The position numbers and the translations under genes were made by a program. DNA of 62,812 bases, filler included, from Rhabdomonas costata (lineage: Eukaryota): assembly GCA_019059605.1 (NCBI GenBank). It is 41 parts of 41 records of this genome, joined end to end, with 100 filler letters (N's around TTAATTAATTAA, not from the genome) between each part and the next. Parts side by side here need not be neighbours in the genome. Positions count along the whole stretch, not along the records: positions 23,025 to 24,459 come from JAHMHO010016046.1; positions 24,560 to 25,994 come from JAHMHO010016047.1; positions 26,095 to 27,529 come from JAHMHO010016048.1; positions 27,630 to 29,064 come from JAHMHO010016049.1; positions 29,165 to 30,599 come from JAHMHO010016050.1; positions 30,700 to 32,134 come from JAHMHO010016051.1; positions 32,235 to 33,669 come from JAHMHO010016052.1; positions 33,770 to 35,204 come from JAHMHO010016053.1; 33 more parts are not named here. The stretch is one strand, 5' to 3'. Positions 23,780 to 36,883 of this stretch are shown here, piece after piece; positions within the stretch are counted from its first letter, which is position 1, and the number at the start of each line of letters is the position of its first letter. The notes under the pieces are model-generated. The model was not told the DNA's origin. It searched no databases and worked only from the letters and a program-made list of their open reading frames with translations.

Positions 23780-26700
23780 GTGCTTACAGCGGCGTCTTCC
23801 TCCTCTTTGCCGTCCAGCTCGAAACTTCCGTAGTGATTTGGGGAACCGCTGTGACCACCGCAGCACGGAAGCAGCGGCCTGTCCACTTGCTTCCTCTGTG
23901 ATAATTTTGAGGATGGTTGCCCCGGGTGTTGACAGCGGTCACTTCCTGGAGGGCTATCGACATGACGGACGTACTGTGTTTGGAGGCGCAGGGCAGGGGG
24001 AAAGCAATTCCAGACTGGACAAGCGTGATCACATGCGGAGTTGACTCTCGATTCCTCTGTGAATAAGGAACAAAGTGAAGAACAGGTGCAGAAAGCCTGT
24101 ACCTGGAATTGTATTTTGGCAACTTGATGCACGCTCAGTCCTTTTTCCTTTTTCGGGGGGTCGGCGAAGTGTTGCCGGAGTTGGCATGATGCTTGAACCG
24201 GGGAATTCTCAAAAAGGTTTGAAAAACGAATTCCATTGCCTTATTCCTCGCCGTTTTCCCTAAATGTTCCACGGCATTAGTGTCTGGGATCTCACCATAG
24301 TGATGGCTTTCGCTGTGTTTGCGTGCGTTTGTGTATGGGAGGTGCAGTTTGATTGATTCATGGCGACCTTAAACCTCTTGCGGAAAGTCATCCAGATAAA
24401 CAGAGATCGCCGTTTATCTGGATGACTTTCCGCAAGAGGTTTAAGGTCGCCACAACACCNNNNNNNNNNNNNNNNNNNNNNNNNNNNNNNNNNNNNNNNN
24501 NNNTTAATTAATTAANNNNNNNNNNNNNNNNNNNNNNNNNNNNNNNNNNNNNNNNNNNNTGTGTTGTGGTGGAGGTGTTTTGCCTCTGTTGGCCTTTTTC
24601 TTTGTGGTTCTACCCCTACCTCTAACTATGGAGATGACAGGTCCATATTATATGCTCTGAGTCTTCGGCGGTGATCAGCGGCTCAAAAGTGCCTCTCAAC
24701 GCAGACGCTCGCACTCCGTCACGGACTTATGCATCCCGATCGATCGATGATTCAGGCTCCCTCTATGACGACCCAGCTCTGTGCCTTTGGCTTCTGTCTT
24801 CAACCACGACCAACACAATCATTCATATGTATGGCCGAGCGGACCCCCGCTCAGCCGCTCGTTCCCTTTCATTCAAAAGGCAATAGCACAGATAAATGGT
24901 TTGTTGATCTGACGGAAATTTTGGGTAGAGCCCGTCGCTTGTTATAGTCTTTTCGCTGAGGGGGATTTTTGTCCTCTTCCAGTTTGGTAAAGTATTCATT
25001 CCCTCCCTTCGCGATCTGCACACCAAAGGGGATGCACCCCTCTGACCTTCACATCGCGGTGCACACGACTGCTGGGGTGGGAGCCGGGCTTTTCCCAAGC
25101 CCCGCCCCGCCACCAGGCTCCTCCTCGTTCAGGCCGACCTACCCCAGCCCAACTTCTGTGGGTACTCTTACCACGGCACAGGCCAAGACGCTTCAGGTAC
25201 CAAAGATTCTTGCCCCATAGATGACTTCACCACAGACCCCCCCTTCGATCTCTAGAATAATTGATCTTGGGTGGGGGTGGAGGGCGGTTGGCAGTTGTAA
25301 CAGTATTTTCCTCTAGTTCAGAGCCCACCCCCCGCCGCTGCGCGGTGCGGTTTGATTTGTTGTTGTTTTGATCGCTAGCTTTTCAGTTTTCTCAGAATAC
25401 AGGTGGAGACTCCAGGCTTCCAGTTTGGTCTCCGCCAAAGACGCCTTTCTTTCTATTTCTCTCTTCTGGCTACGGGCTCAAACCTGGTGATAAACATAAG
25501 ACCCGAAAGGGAGTCATTTCCTCGATAACGGGCCCAGATTCCGAAATCACGCAATTGTATCGGTATGGTCATGGATGTGTTTTTTCACCCACCCAGGAAA
25601 TCAGGGCTCAAGAGATATGGCTTGCCCTTCGGTTTCCAAATATCACTCATGGGGTACGAATTGGCTTGTAGAAGAAGTACTCTACTTCACAAATAGGTGT
25701 TCACTTCCCGTCCCTTCTTTTCATCGCACACGCATACACAAACGCAAACAAACAAACGAACAAACACCACAGTCCGTATGTAAAATTAGAACTTGCTTCA
25801 CCAAAATCCTTGACCCCGAAGCAAAACCCTCCCTCCGCAGGTTCCCTTGCCACTAGTAGATTCCCAGGGGTTCCCTACCACCACCGGTCGCCCTGAGCGC
25901 GATGCATCCTACCCCACCCAAGCCCTGCGCCCTGCCCTGCTCCCCACTGCGCAAAACCCTCCCTCTCTGTCTGCCCCCTTTACCACATCATACANNNNNN
26001 NNNNNNNNNNNNNNNNNNNNNNNNNNNNNNNNNNNNNNTTAATTAATTAANNNNNNNNNNNNNNNNNNNNNNNNNNNNNNNNNNNNNNNNNNNNGGGTTT
26101 GGGGGTGTGAGCAGCAATGGAGAAGAAGGTTGGCAGGGGCGTGGAGACGCGTTTGCGTTTGTGCGGGTTGTGTGTGCGTGTCGAGCATATTGCGCGCTAG
26201 CTGGCGCAAGGCCAAAACAGAGAACTAGGCGTGGAGTGATCCAGAATTGCTCACGAGCTGCCTCAGAAGCCAGTTTCACTGCCTCACGCTGGGTTGCAGC
26301 CGTGCCAGAGTATGCGCCACTGAGATGTCCACGTGCCGGTGAACAGGGTCGCTCGGGTGCAAGACGAGCAGGTCAGAGCAAGAGTCACTTTTGACCGGTT
26401 GCCGATACGGGTTGCAATGCCAGCCTGGTTGGATTCCGCCACCAAAGCCTCCCGCAGCAGGTCGTGCAGGAGAGCCGAAGACGTCCTGGGACGAACCAAA
26501 ACCTCCACAGACTCAGCCCATAGAGAAGGGAAGCCCGACGCGCCCGAGCGCTTGCTATTCTTCGGCACTAAAGGTCGGACAGCTGTCATATTGCAGCGGC
26601 AGATTCGTCACCCACAAGCCCCGCTGTGCACCCCAGAACAAAGGTTGAGGAGGCGGTCGCAGGCTTCGTGATCGGATCGCATGGCAAGGACAGCATGCAC

Positions 26701-28158
26701 TCCCTCCGTTCAACACTGCTGTTCCATCCACGATTCAGCGTCCGAGTCGGGCGGGATGTCATTGAGGTTGCCTGCCGTCCGCCATTCGCGCAAAGGGGTT
26801 CTGTTATTATACGCGACCGCCTGGGGATGCAGCACCACTGGATCAGACGCCCCAAACCCTGGGGCTGGAGCCGAGTTTGCCTCAGGAATCTGAACTCCGA
26901 GAACAGTGCTCCAGGACTAAACGAGTAAGCCACGGACACCCAAACACAGCAAACTAACCTAGCGGCGTCCAAGCAACTGCGTAGGATATGACAGGCGGCT
27001 TGAGCATGCCAGCTTCTCTAGCGCGCCCTACAGCTCAAAAAAGAGAACCTGATTGAGCTCTGCTTTGGGGCACCCCATAATCTTGACCCCAGAGGTCCAC
27101 GTAACCCAGTAGACTGAAATATTTTGGGTGCGAAGGCCAGCCGCCGCGGCGGTTGCAGCGACGATAGTGGGGTTAGAGTAGGGGCGTGAGCGGGGAGGTG
27201 GGGCGTTTCTTTCGCGGATCATGCTGAAACTAGGAAATGAGACGGCCTTCGGCGGGCCGTTGGTTTGGGGTTTCGGTAAACCCTTGCCAGTTCCCCTTGC
27301 TCACGTTCTCTTAGAAACAAGGGTTTCGTGCCACGCGCGCACTAATGGCCAGTGTTTGCTGGTCCAGGATGTAAGATCCTAGGTGGGTGGGTGTCATTCC
27401 AAGGCAAATTTTGTCCTTCCAGTTCGTCTTGTACAAAAGACCCCAGACCTGCGTCGGCTTCACCCTGTTCCACGTTGACAGTTTTCAGTCTTTTCCTTTT
27501 GCTACTTTTCACTAGTTGCTGGTTTTGCANNNNNNNNNNNNNNNNNNNNNNNNNNNNNNNNNNNNNNNNNNNNTTAATTAATTAANNNNNNNNNNNNNNN
27601 NNNNNNNNNNNNNNNNNNNNNNNNNNNNNAAGTGCCGATATTGTGGATGTGGCCGTGGCTGTGGCTGCGGATGGCTTCCCTTCGAATTAGCGACAGAGGT
27701 AAGGAGAGGAAAGGGACGGGTTCGAAAATGGAGTACGTTAAAGTTGCTTTTCAGCTCAGTATAAGCTTGTCTTTGCTTTCAGTAAGCGATGCACGATCAG
27801 TTTGGACACCAAGTTCATTCACTCCAACGAAAAACCACTTGCACCAGTCCACGAAATAGTTTGAGAAGCTGCGCTTGGAAGCAAGCATATGTAGTGATGA
27901 CTTAGGCCCGTCTACGTAAACTTCTCCTTGATCCGAGAACACTCAACAAAAGTTCTTGCAGTAGCAGGTGTCAGCACCAAAACAAGAAGAAACGCAAGAA
28001 AAACCAGCAGTGATTTAAAGGAAAGAAAAGCAAGAAAAGTCTCCTTGATCTCCTTGATCCGAGTCCGGACCACCCTCTTTGCACCAACTTAAGAACCGAG
28101 CACCTGCAGGCCCTCCACGTCTCTTCACGCATCTTGGAGGGAGGGGGTCAGGAAACAC

Positions 28159-28333
28159 CTGAAGCTCGCCCGTGGCCAGGCTCATCCACAGCGGAATCTC
28201 AGAAGTTTTGCCCCCGCCGAGCAGGGAGCCCACCCAGGACGTCAGAATGGGCAGCTCAGGGCACAGCCTTGGGGCCGAGTCTCGCAGCGCGGAGTGCCGA
28301 GCCAGTGCCAGTGGAGCGTTTTCGGCGAAGAAT
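28159..28333 (-). CDS. Probable coding exon, hypothetical (FFAENAPLALARHSALRDSAPRLCPELPILTSWVG...)
   Basis: Polypyrimidine acceptor ctcag|a and donor cag|gtgttt. Confidence 0.45.
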
Positions 28334-30719
28334 CTGAGACGCAGGAGAAGAGATGGGGGGAAGGGGGAAAGGCGAATATTAACCAAGACGTGCTGCCAGG
28401 TCGGAAGAACAATTACAGAGACAGAAACTACCTCACATAAAGCCACTCTTCCCTTACCTTGTCAACAACTGGGATATACATGATTAGTGACGCGCAGTGC
28501 AGTGCTGTGGGATGATGTCAGCCAATGTCCTTCGATACAAGTGCAGGCAACACAAGAGAAACGCGCTGCAGCACAGCGCAGACCTGCTGCATCCTACACG
28601 CTTCCCCCAATCACCTTCACGTCCCCTCCCTACTACCCCCGAGCGAGCAACCGAAAAAGAAGCATTTCCACACAGCAGGTGCATATCACAGAATGGGGAG
28701 CCGGAGCCCAAGCCGGGGCCGAACCTCGCGTCCTCTTCTTTCGGCAGTGCCACGGCCCAAGAGGGCACCATCCCAGGGCGGCGGAGGGTTTCCACCGCCA
28801 CAGGGGTGTCTCCAGGGGTGCCGCTGGGCTGGGCCTCGACCATGCCACTTCCGGCGTGAGCCGCGGCTTCCCTGGCGGCTATGAAGAAGGGCCCAAGCTG
28901 CTGCGCCCAAGGCGCGAAGGCGGATCCTTTGGTTTTGTTGTTTCAGTTCCATGCGCGCGCGCGCGTGTGTGTGTACGTTTGTGCGTGGGCGAGATGTCCT
29001 TCCATCGGTGCTTCTGCCAGCTTCCAATCCGTGGTCATGGGGAAAACCACAATAGAGGGAAAGANNNNNNNNNNNNNNNNNNNNNNNNNNNNNNNNNNNN
29101 NNNNNNNNTTAATTAATTAANNNNNNNNNNNNNNNNNNNNNNNNNNNNNNNNNNNNNNNNNNNNTTTGTGTAGTATTGGCGCTAGAACATACGACCAGAA
29201 AATCGGAATGTCACGTACTAATCTCTCAGTTTCAGTGTGCAGTTAACATCACATTCGTGCATTGGATGACTTTAGATGACATGCAGCCAGCATTGTTCAA
29301 TCCGTCACTGCATACGCATGACATCTGTTTTGATGAATGCATAGTTATAAAAACAACGTGAGTCTAAAAGCCAGAAATACACTGCGTGTGTGGGCTTGGT
29401 GATATTCGATTTTCTGGTCGTATGTTCTAGCGCCAATACTTCACAAATTTTTAAAACACCTACTGCGCTATTAATCTCCTTCTGATCTCTAAAGTCCAAA
29501 TACCATGCATAAACCCAGTAGTAGCATGATGCAAAGATGATGAAGAATAGGCAGTGATGATACTAGATAGATACTACATCCTGTTGTTGAATTATAAACT
29601 GATGAATGCAAACCTCCTAAATTTTCAAGAAAAGATGCTGATACCTCCTGTTGTTAAAGACACGTTTTTTAAGCAAAGGTAAGCAGAATAAATCAAGAAA
29701 TCAAGAAGCTCATTACTTCAATCGAAATACCTCATAGCAACCTCACAGCACAACATATAGCATCATTAATGCCACCAAAAGCACCGCACAACAAAGCACA
29801 TAAAACCAAGCTACCAACACAAGTGTGTTAAAAAAAACAAATTACATACTTTGTTACCTCATCTTCAATGCTTCTGTTTACCGCATCGAACGCCTTTGTT
29901 ATGCGCATTTTTTTGAACGCATAGATTTCAGTTTTTGTGGATTAAATTAACTCACCTTTGCCTCAGCAATGGTCTTTGTGCTTAAATTTTGTTTTCCGAC
30001 TTCCCTGTCGTCTAGTTGTGCGTTTGTAGTGATCGCGCCTTGTATCGTGCCTGAAGATGCAGAGCTCCAGCTACATTGCAAACATTTAACAAATACAACA
30101 GAAAGACAAAGTGGTGACACGACAAGTGTCTAAACCACAGAGTTCTATTACAAATAAAGCAAAATAAAGAGTTTTGTGCACTAAAATTCACCATGCCGTG
30201 TGCTTACCATACCGCTCCATCCACAGACCAACCGGAACAACTTTGCGACGTTTTTGTGGTACTGCATTTTAAGTAAAGCCACATGGATGATTTAAATAAG
30301 TCAGTGTCTACAATTTTGTAGTGGCATCGTGCTCTGGTACCAAAAGCAAATTAACAAACCCGACGGCGCTTTAGATTTAAAATGTGGCATGCCTTCCTCA
30401 TTCTAGAATAACATAAGGAAGCACGTTAATTTAGGTATTCTTGATACAGCGCTCTCAGTCCAGAATCCGCATCAAAAAACGCAGTAGCAACTTGGCAGCA
30501 GAATCAGCAGAAGCCCAATCCAACAGCTAGCAAGATAGCAGCCGCATTACATTCAGATCAACAACACAAACGTAAAAGACAAGTAATAACCACCAAACCN
30601 NNNNNNNNNNNNNNNNNNNNNNNNNNNNNNNNNNNNNNNNNNNTTAATTAATTAANNNNNNNNNNNNNNNNNNNNNNNNNNNNNNNNNNNNNNNNNNNNT
30701 GTGTGTGGGATGGTGTACC

Positions 30720-31146
30720 GTGGAGATCGGCCTTCACCCCGCGGTACACCATCCCGCGGTACAGGGGCAGCTTGAGCAGCGCAAGCATCAGCAGCTTCAG
30801 GTACGGGAATAGCGGCTTCAGCAGCTCGCGGTCGCTGTTCCGCAGGCGGCGGTTGAGCTCGGCATAGAACGGGCTCTCCTGGGCGTACAGGTTGATGGCG
30901 GCGATGTCGTCCGCCGAGCGCAGCACTGGGTCCGAGAGCAGAATCTCCTTCGCAAAGTGCAGCGCCAATAGCACATTGCCTTCCAGCTCCATCTCCCCGA
31001 ACACGGGGTCGCACGCCTCGACGTACGCAATGCAATCGTGAAGGGAGAGGTCGGCGGCGTCGTTCAGGCCGCGGATGGGGCCCGTCCCGGGGGTCTCCTC
31101 GGCGATGTCCGTCAGCCGAACCGCAAAAGGGAGGGTGCGTGCGGCC
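30720..31146 (-). CDS. NAD(P)+--arginine ADP-ribosyltransferase (ARTC/VIP2-like ART family), partial
   Basis: RLTDIAEE...PIRGL...DDIAAINLYAQESPFYAELNRRLRNSDRELLKPLFPYLKLLMLALLKLPLYRGMVYRGVKADL: the helical ART N-lobe plus the VYRG strand carrying the catalytic Arg of the R-S-E class. Acceptor cccag|g at 31147. Confidence 0.92.
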
Positions 31147-32234
31147 CTGGGTGATGGCACCACAGCAAAAGAAAGTACTTCGGTTTAAGAATAGAAAGAA
31201 AGCAGCGCGATTGGCGGGTGCGAGGAAGGCGTACTACGGTTCTAACGGTGAACCTCATGCAAGCTTAAAGCCCTACTGAAAATCACATCCCTCACTTCAA
31301 TCCCAACCTTGGGATGGTTGGGAACATTGTGTCCACACATTTTTAAGGACGGGTAGCGGTCGTTTCTGCGCATGCAGCACACCAAACCCTTTAGCTCTCT
31401 GAGGGCGTTGTGCGTAAAAACTACTGCATTAAATTTAAACCGCCATTTATGTCTGCGATGGTCTTTATAACAGGAACACGCATACGTGTCGCCCGTCGGG
31501 CTGTGTTTATTTTCGTTGTCTCTCTTGACACTGGGCACCGTGCATGGGGAAGGTGGACTTGAGCATGCACCTCCACATCACAAGGAGCAGACGTCATTGT
31601 AGATAATCCAATCCATCGCTATTCACTGTGGGCTGTGCATCCATATTTGGGCTTCTCTGCCGATTCCCATCTGTTACACCCAAGAACAGTGCTACACGCC
31701 ATAACGAGTTTATGAGGTATCATGTCGTCTTTCGGTATAGCAACGCTATACAATGTATGGACGTCGCACGGTACAACGGGACAGTCAGAAACTGTCTGAA
31801 TGAAATTTTTTTTTGGAGATTGCGTCTACACTGGTCCTTCCTAAACATGCATCGAGTTTGCCGTGAGTCATCACCCAAGACCCGAATCTTCACCCCAAGC
31901 CAATTCTCAGCCTTTAGCCACCCGCTTCGGCAGCGCCGCGGACTCCCCTATGAATGTTAGTAAGGCGCGTCGACCAACACATCCGTAAGCTATCCACCAA
32001 AAGTCATCCACCATAATCTAAAACAGTCTCGGACAGGTCAGCCGATTAAACCTGCACGTGCATGAAGAGCAGATGAAGAGCAGTGTTCCCACGGTAAAAA
32101 TACAGAGGAAGATGAGAGGAAAGTAAACCCCCACNNNNNNNNNNNNNNNNNNNNNNNNNNNNNNNNNNNNNNNNNNNNTTAATTAATTAANNNNNNNNNN
32201 NNNNNNNNNNNNNNNNNNNNNNNNNNNNNNNNNN

Positions 32235-33150
32235 GTCTCTCTTTCTCTATGCTTCGGCCTCCTTTGTCCCACTTTTCTCTCTCCTGATATATGCTCTTGC
32301 TCTCTGCTTCTGGCTTTTCTGTCCTTTTTGGCTCGGGCTGCTCTTCTCTTTTCTCTTTGCCATGCCTTCATTTCCTCTGCGCTGACCTCGGCTTCGGGCT
32401 GCCTCTCCTCTCGCGGGTTGTTCTTCTTCAGCTTCTCGTCCCGCTCTGCTTCTTCTCGTTGGCTTGCCCTCCAGCACCGGGGTCCCACTGCGCTTTTCCA
32501 AGGCCTTCTCCTCAACTGGCGCTGCTGGCCGGGGCCTTGCTGCCTCAACCCGCCGCCTGATGCACTTTGCCGCCACCTTCATGTCCTCCATGGGCTGCTT
32601 TCTACGGCCTTATCGCTCAACTTCCACAAACCTGCGCGGCAAACCCGTCGTGTGCTCAGCTCTGCGGCCTTGTCCTCCTCAATGTCGTCCTCCGGAACGG
32701 CTCTCCTCAGCACCGTCCTCCTGCGCCTTCTCCTTCTTTTCCGCCGCCTTCGCTGCCAGCACTCTGCTCAAAGCTTCAGCTTGACCGCCTCTGCTCCTAA
32801 AACTCTCTTTCTGAACCTCTCCTTTGAGAAACCTGCTTTCCACACTCGCTTCTCCACTGGCCTTTGCTCTGCACCACTGCCTTCTCCCAAAAGCTGTTCT
32901 TACAAACTGCCTGCTTCTAACTCGCTTTTCTACTGCTCTCGCACTGATTTACGAATTTCTTGAGCACCTTCAAAGCCTCAACTGATCTCTGTTCTTTAAA
33001 ACGATTTCCTCTGATCTCCTTACCAACTTCTGCGACTAACCAAGCTTCCAAGCTACTACGCAAATCTTGTCTGGATCACGAAGCTGTCTCCTTTTTCTTC
33101 TACTACAAAACGTTCTTCCTACGTATGCTGAGCCGTTACACCCTCCACTG
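32235..33150 (-). pseudogene. Degenerate K/E/R-rich coiled-coil coding sequence
   Basis: Purine-rich reading frames, e.g. EIRKSVREQ*KSELEAGSL*EQLLGE, broken by stops and frameshifts. Confidence 0.45.
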
Positions 33151-34507
33151 CTAGGACGGATGATGCTCTTCTGCCTCCGACGTCCGATCACTCCAACGGC
33201 TCAGATGTTCTAGCTGAACGATTCTTACCCCAAGAAAGCTTAACTTTATATGCGATACGAACTTCCCATTCTCTTTACGAAAAGCATTCACACCATGCAA
33301 AACAACACAGCACTCCACCTCCACAACAACACTGCCAACCGCTCAAAGTCCCGCTGCGATCACACCAACGACAAAAAACGTAGCTCATTAGCGAAAGTTC
33401 TCTGATGCTGCTCCACATGAAAGGTAACAACACGCAGCAACAAAGACAACTCAACTCAGCTCTTCGTCCAACACTACGAAATCTTCTGCTATCTAAAACG
33501 GAGCTCTACGAAGTTCCTTCTTCACCAACCACAATCACCAACCACCATCACAAACCACATACGAAAACAACGTAGTCCACTGAGGCCTCGGCTTAGCCGA
33601 CCATCGTCCGTGAGGTATAACCTCCCCTTCCATTCCACACTTCGAACAGTCATTGCCTTCAACAACACANNNNNNNNNNNNNNNNNNNNNNNNNNNNNNN
33701 NNNNNNNNNNNNNTTAATTAATTAANNNNNNNNNNNNNNNNNNNNNNNNNNNNNNNNNNNNNNNNNNNNCTCCATTTAGGCAGCGTGTCGATAGTTATAT
33801 TTAGAACTTGTGATAAAGACACGGCACCGCATGGATGAGTGTAACCAATATCAAACCACACGACGTGGCGATTGCGGTTACCAATAAACACTTTCCTTAC
33901 CCTGCGAGTGATCCCTCCAAGGCCGCCAAAAGTTGTGCGGAGGAGGCGGAGAAGTCAACTTGCTTATAAGCTCTGAAACAAGGGCCCATCCGGTTTCCGA
34001 ATGTAGTCTGCTGCGCCGCGGCACGTAATTCTAATTATAATCTATAAAAAAGACAACTTCTTTCGGAATGGCACTGGCCGTTACACCACATCACTGCACG
34101 CAGACTTTCTGTTGGTCATGGTGGTCCACTTCCATACATCGACAAAGACAAACCAGACCGATAACTCCAGGATTCACCTCATGCCACGACAGCATTAGCC
34201 CCGATGAAAAAACGCACAGGAATAAAAAATATTGCCCGCGCCACCATCACTAACGAAAAGAACACAAGGAAAAAGATAGATTTTACAAAAGCCCTCGTCC
34301 CTGAGGGGAAAAGCACTAAGCGAACATTCAACAGATCCTTCACCCTGTTGTTTGCAGTGCTGAGTGTTGCCAACCCATCCTGATGGGAAACCTTTCCTTG
34401 TCAGCTACTTCCCAACTTGACCAGACCTGAGTCCCATATTTTCATGGGAAACTAATTCATCTCCACAGGCCATTGACCACAACGAGCTGCACAGGGGCCT
34501 AACACAC

Positions 34508-34687
34508 CGGAGCATCCCGAGACCACAAATGTCCCGGAAGAAGAGCCACAGCTCACACTCACACTGCCAGTGTAGCCCGAGGCGCAGGACAGTCCCCTGC
34601 AGCTCGCGGCTGCAACGTGCCCACTGCAGCCACTGCCGCTGTAGGTGTACCCCGAGGGCAGCGAGGTGGGCAGAGTGCATGTCAGGG
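34508..34687 (-). CDS. Single cysteine-rich extracellular repeat module (6 Cys) encoded by one exon
   Basis: 180-nt exon with acceptor gcgcag|cc and donor g|gtgtgt. Peptide LTCTLPTSLPSGYTYSGSGCSGHVAAASCRGLSCASGYTGSVSVSCGSSSGTFVVSGCS. Confidence 0.8.
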
Positions 34688-35362
34688 CTGCGCATAGCAG
34701 GCCAAAACCAAAACTCGCATGAGAATGTTGTGGTTGCCTGCATTTCACAATGGATCGGTACGTTCGTGACTAGGGAGGTTTTTTTTGATTTTCACGTCTT
34801 CCAGTATTCAACTGCACCCATGTCTAAGCAATACACATAGCCTTGCTTTGCAGGAAACAAACTGTGCACGGTTCGCAGGGCCAAAGCGATGATGTTTTTG
34901 TGGCACTCAGCATTTATTTAGCATATTCAGCGGGCAGAGCTAACCCCCCACACTTATAATTTAGCGTATAGTATAGTTACACCCTATAGCGGGGCCGGAC
35001 CAGGGAAGTTAGGGGGGGGGTCACTGGCCTGTCAGTGCTCCATAGATGATGATTATTGCTTAGCAGCTGAAAAGTAGTGCCAAAGATTCACCAATGGCTG
35101 GGATATGGCGGATGAATAGGACAACATCTGCTTGGCTAGGGCAGGGTCGTGACCTGGGCGGCGTGTAGCGAATACGCTCCATATAAAAAACGTTACCCCG
35201 TTAANNNNNNNNNNNNNNNNNNNNNNNNNNNNNNNNNNNNNNNNNNNNTTAATTAATTAANNNNNNNNNNNNNNNNNNNNNNNNNNNNNNNNNNNNNNNN
35301 NNNNGTTGGTGGGGGATCTTCTCTTCGCCCTTTTCTCAGGCCCGGCTCGCGCGCACACTCAC

Positions 35363-36457
35363 CCGCAGAGCTTCCTGCGCAGGTCACACTTCCGGCCAGT
35401 GTACAGCCTGGGCCCCACAGAGTCGTTGGCAGGGCCTCCTTCCCCATAAAGAATCTCCGGGAAGATGTGGGTGAAGGGGTACCTCGCGGAGTCCCGCATG
35501 GGCACAATCATGTCGAAGTCCGTGTACTTCACCACCCCATCTGCACCCACCATGAACTGCAGCAGGTTGCTGTCGCACAGGAGGTACGGCGAGCCGGGCC
35601 TGAGAAAAGGGCGAAGAGAAGATCCCCTCCCTCCCCCTTGAACTTCACATGCAACTAAAAACTGCCACTGGGCCAGTACTATTTCAAACGGTACAAACGG
35701 AAATGTTTTCCCCATCGTTGCCCAGCAGGGAGATTTTCCTGCGTCTAGCGATAGCAAGAGCACTATGATCGGCCGGCGACGCTACTGCGAACAAACGAAC
35801 AATAACCCTCCAGTGACATCATCTTTGGCCTCGAAGACCTTCCGTTCATGTTTGCGATTGGGATGCTTCGTCACCTCGCGGTCCGCGGAGCTGTGAGTCG
35901 GTGCATCTACCATATCTGACTTTCGTACTCCCGGATAGACCAAAGAGAGGCCACCCTTTCCTGGCGCCTCTCATAACCTTTTTTCTCAAAATGGAACGGT
36001 CGCGGACTCAGTTCTTAGTTCTTCGGAGGTGCGCACAGCGTTTGCAATCATTTTGAAACCGCTTGCAATTCACCTGAGCAGTGGAAAACTTGCCCTCACA
36101 GAAAACCACATGCCGGTGCAAAAACGCCAACAAAAATACCACCGACCACCCACACCATGCAACATGGTGTATCATCGTCCAGTTCCGACCTTTGAGACTC
36201 ACACGAAGGTCGTGAAAGCAAAAAAAAACAGCTGCCGTGTGAGGAGGTCAACCTCTCCGGGCTATGCTGAGACAAGAAAGCCACCAGGTCGGCCACCCCA
36301 AGTACCATCCGCAGCCGCTGAGACAGCGGGAGCCGGGAATAGTGCTCGGCGACAGGGTCCTCCGTGCCCTTTCGCCGGGCAGGGGCGTGAATGTCCGTGA
36401 TCAGGAGTCGTCCAGAGAGCCATTCCGTGACGAGGACGCGGTCTTCATCTCGTGGAC
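35363..36457 (-). CDS. Atypical protein-kinase-like enzyme, PKDCC(VLK)/POMK-like, partial
   Basis: Exons 36457-36253 and 35599-35363, with phase-2 GT-AG intron 36252-35600. They give VLVTEWL...LPLSQRLRMVLGVADLVAFLSQHSPERPGSPYLLCDSNLLQFMVGADGVVKYTDFD. CDSN..QF replaces HRDxKxxN, and DFD replaces DFG. Confidence 0.8.
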
Positions 36458-36883
36458 CTGGGGCCAGTCAGTCACCAAAAATGGAAAAAAACCCAAGCCC
36501 TCTATTTCACACTCTCTGACGGTGCACAGAATACCTGCAATCACACGCTGCAGCGCTTCCTATTTTCCTTCCTCTGCAAGTGGACCAATGTCCAAGAAGA
36601 GATAGCCATTTCGCACCAAATTCTCATTTGCTAAAAGAGGCCGAATCCGGTCCAGGTTACTGGGCTTCCTTTCGCGATGGTGGACATTTTCCCCTGAACG
36701 GCGCGTGTTCGTGGCCATTACCATCAATCCCAAACAAANNNNNNNNNNNNNNNNNNNNNNNNNNNNNNNNNNNNNNNNNNNNTTAATTAATTAANNNNNN
36801 NNNNNNNNNNNNNNNNNNNNNNNNNNNNNNNNNNNNNNTGTTGTTGGTGAAAATTATTCAGGGAAAACATCATTATTTGATAT

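Noticed and set aside
26095-27000. GC-rich broken reading frames, possibly a retroelement ORF
   Set aside because: No recognisable gag, RT, integrase or recombinase motif, so no call can be supported.
29870-29905. Minus-strand TKAFDAVNR, resembling a LINE reverse-transcriptase motif
   Set aside because: The preceding F-x-D and the flanking RT motifs are absent, and the surrounding frame has many stops.
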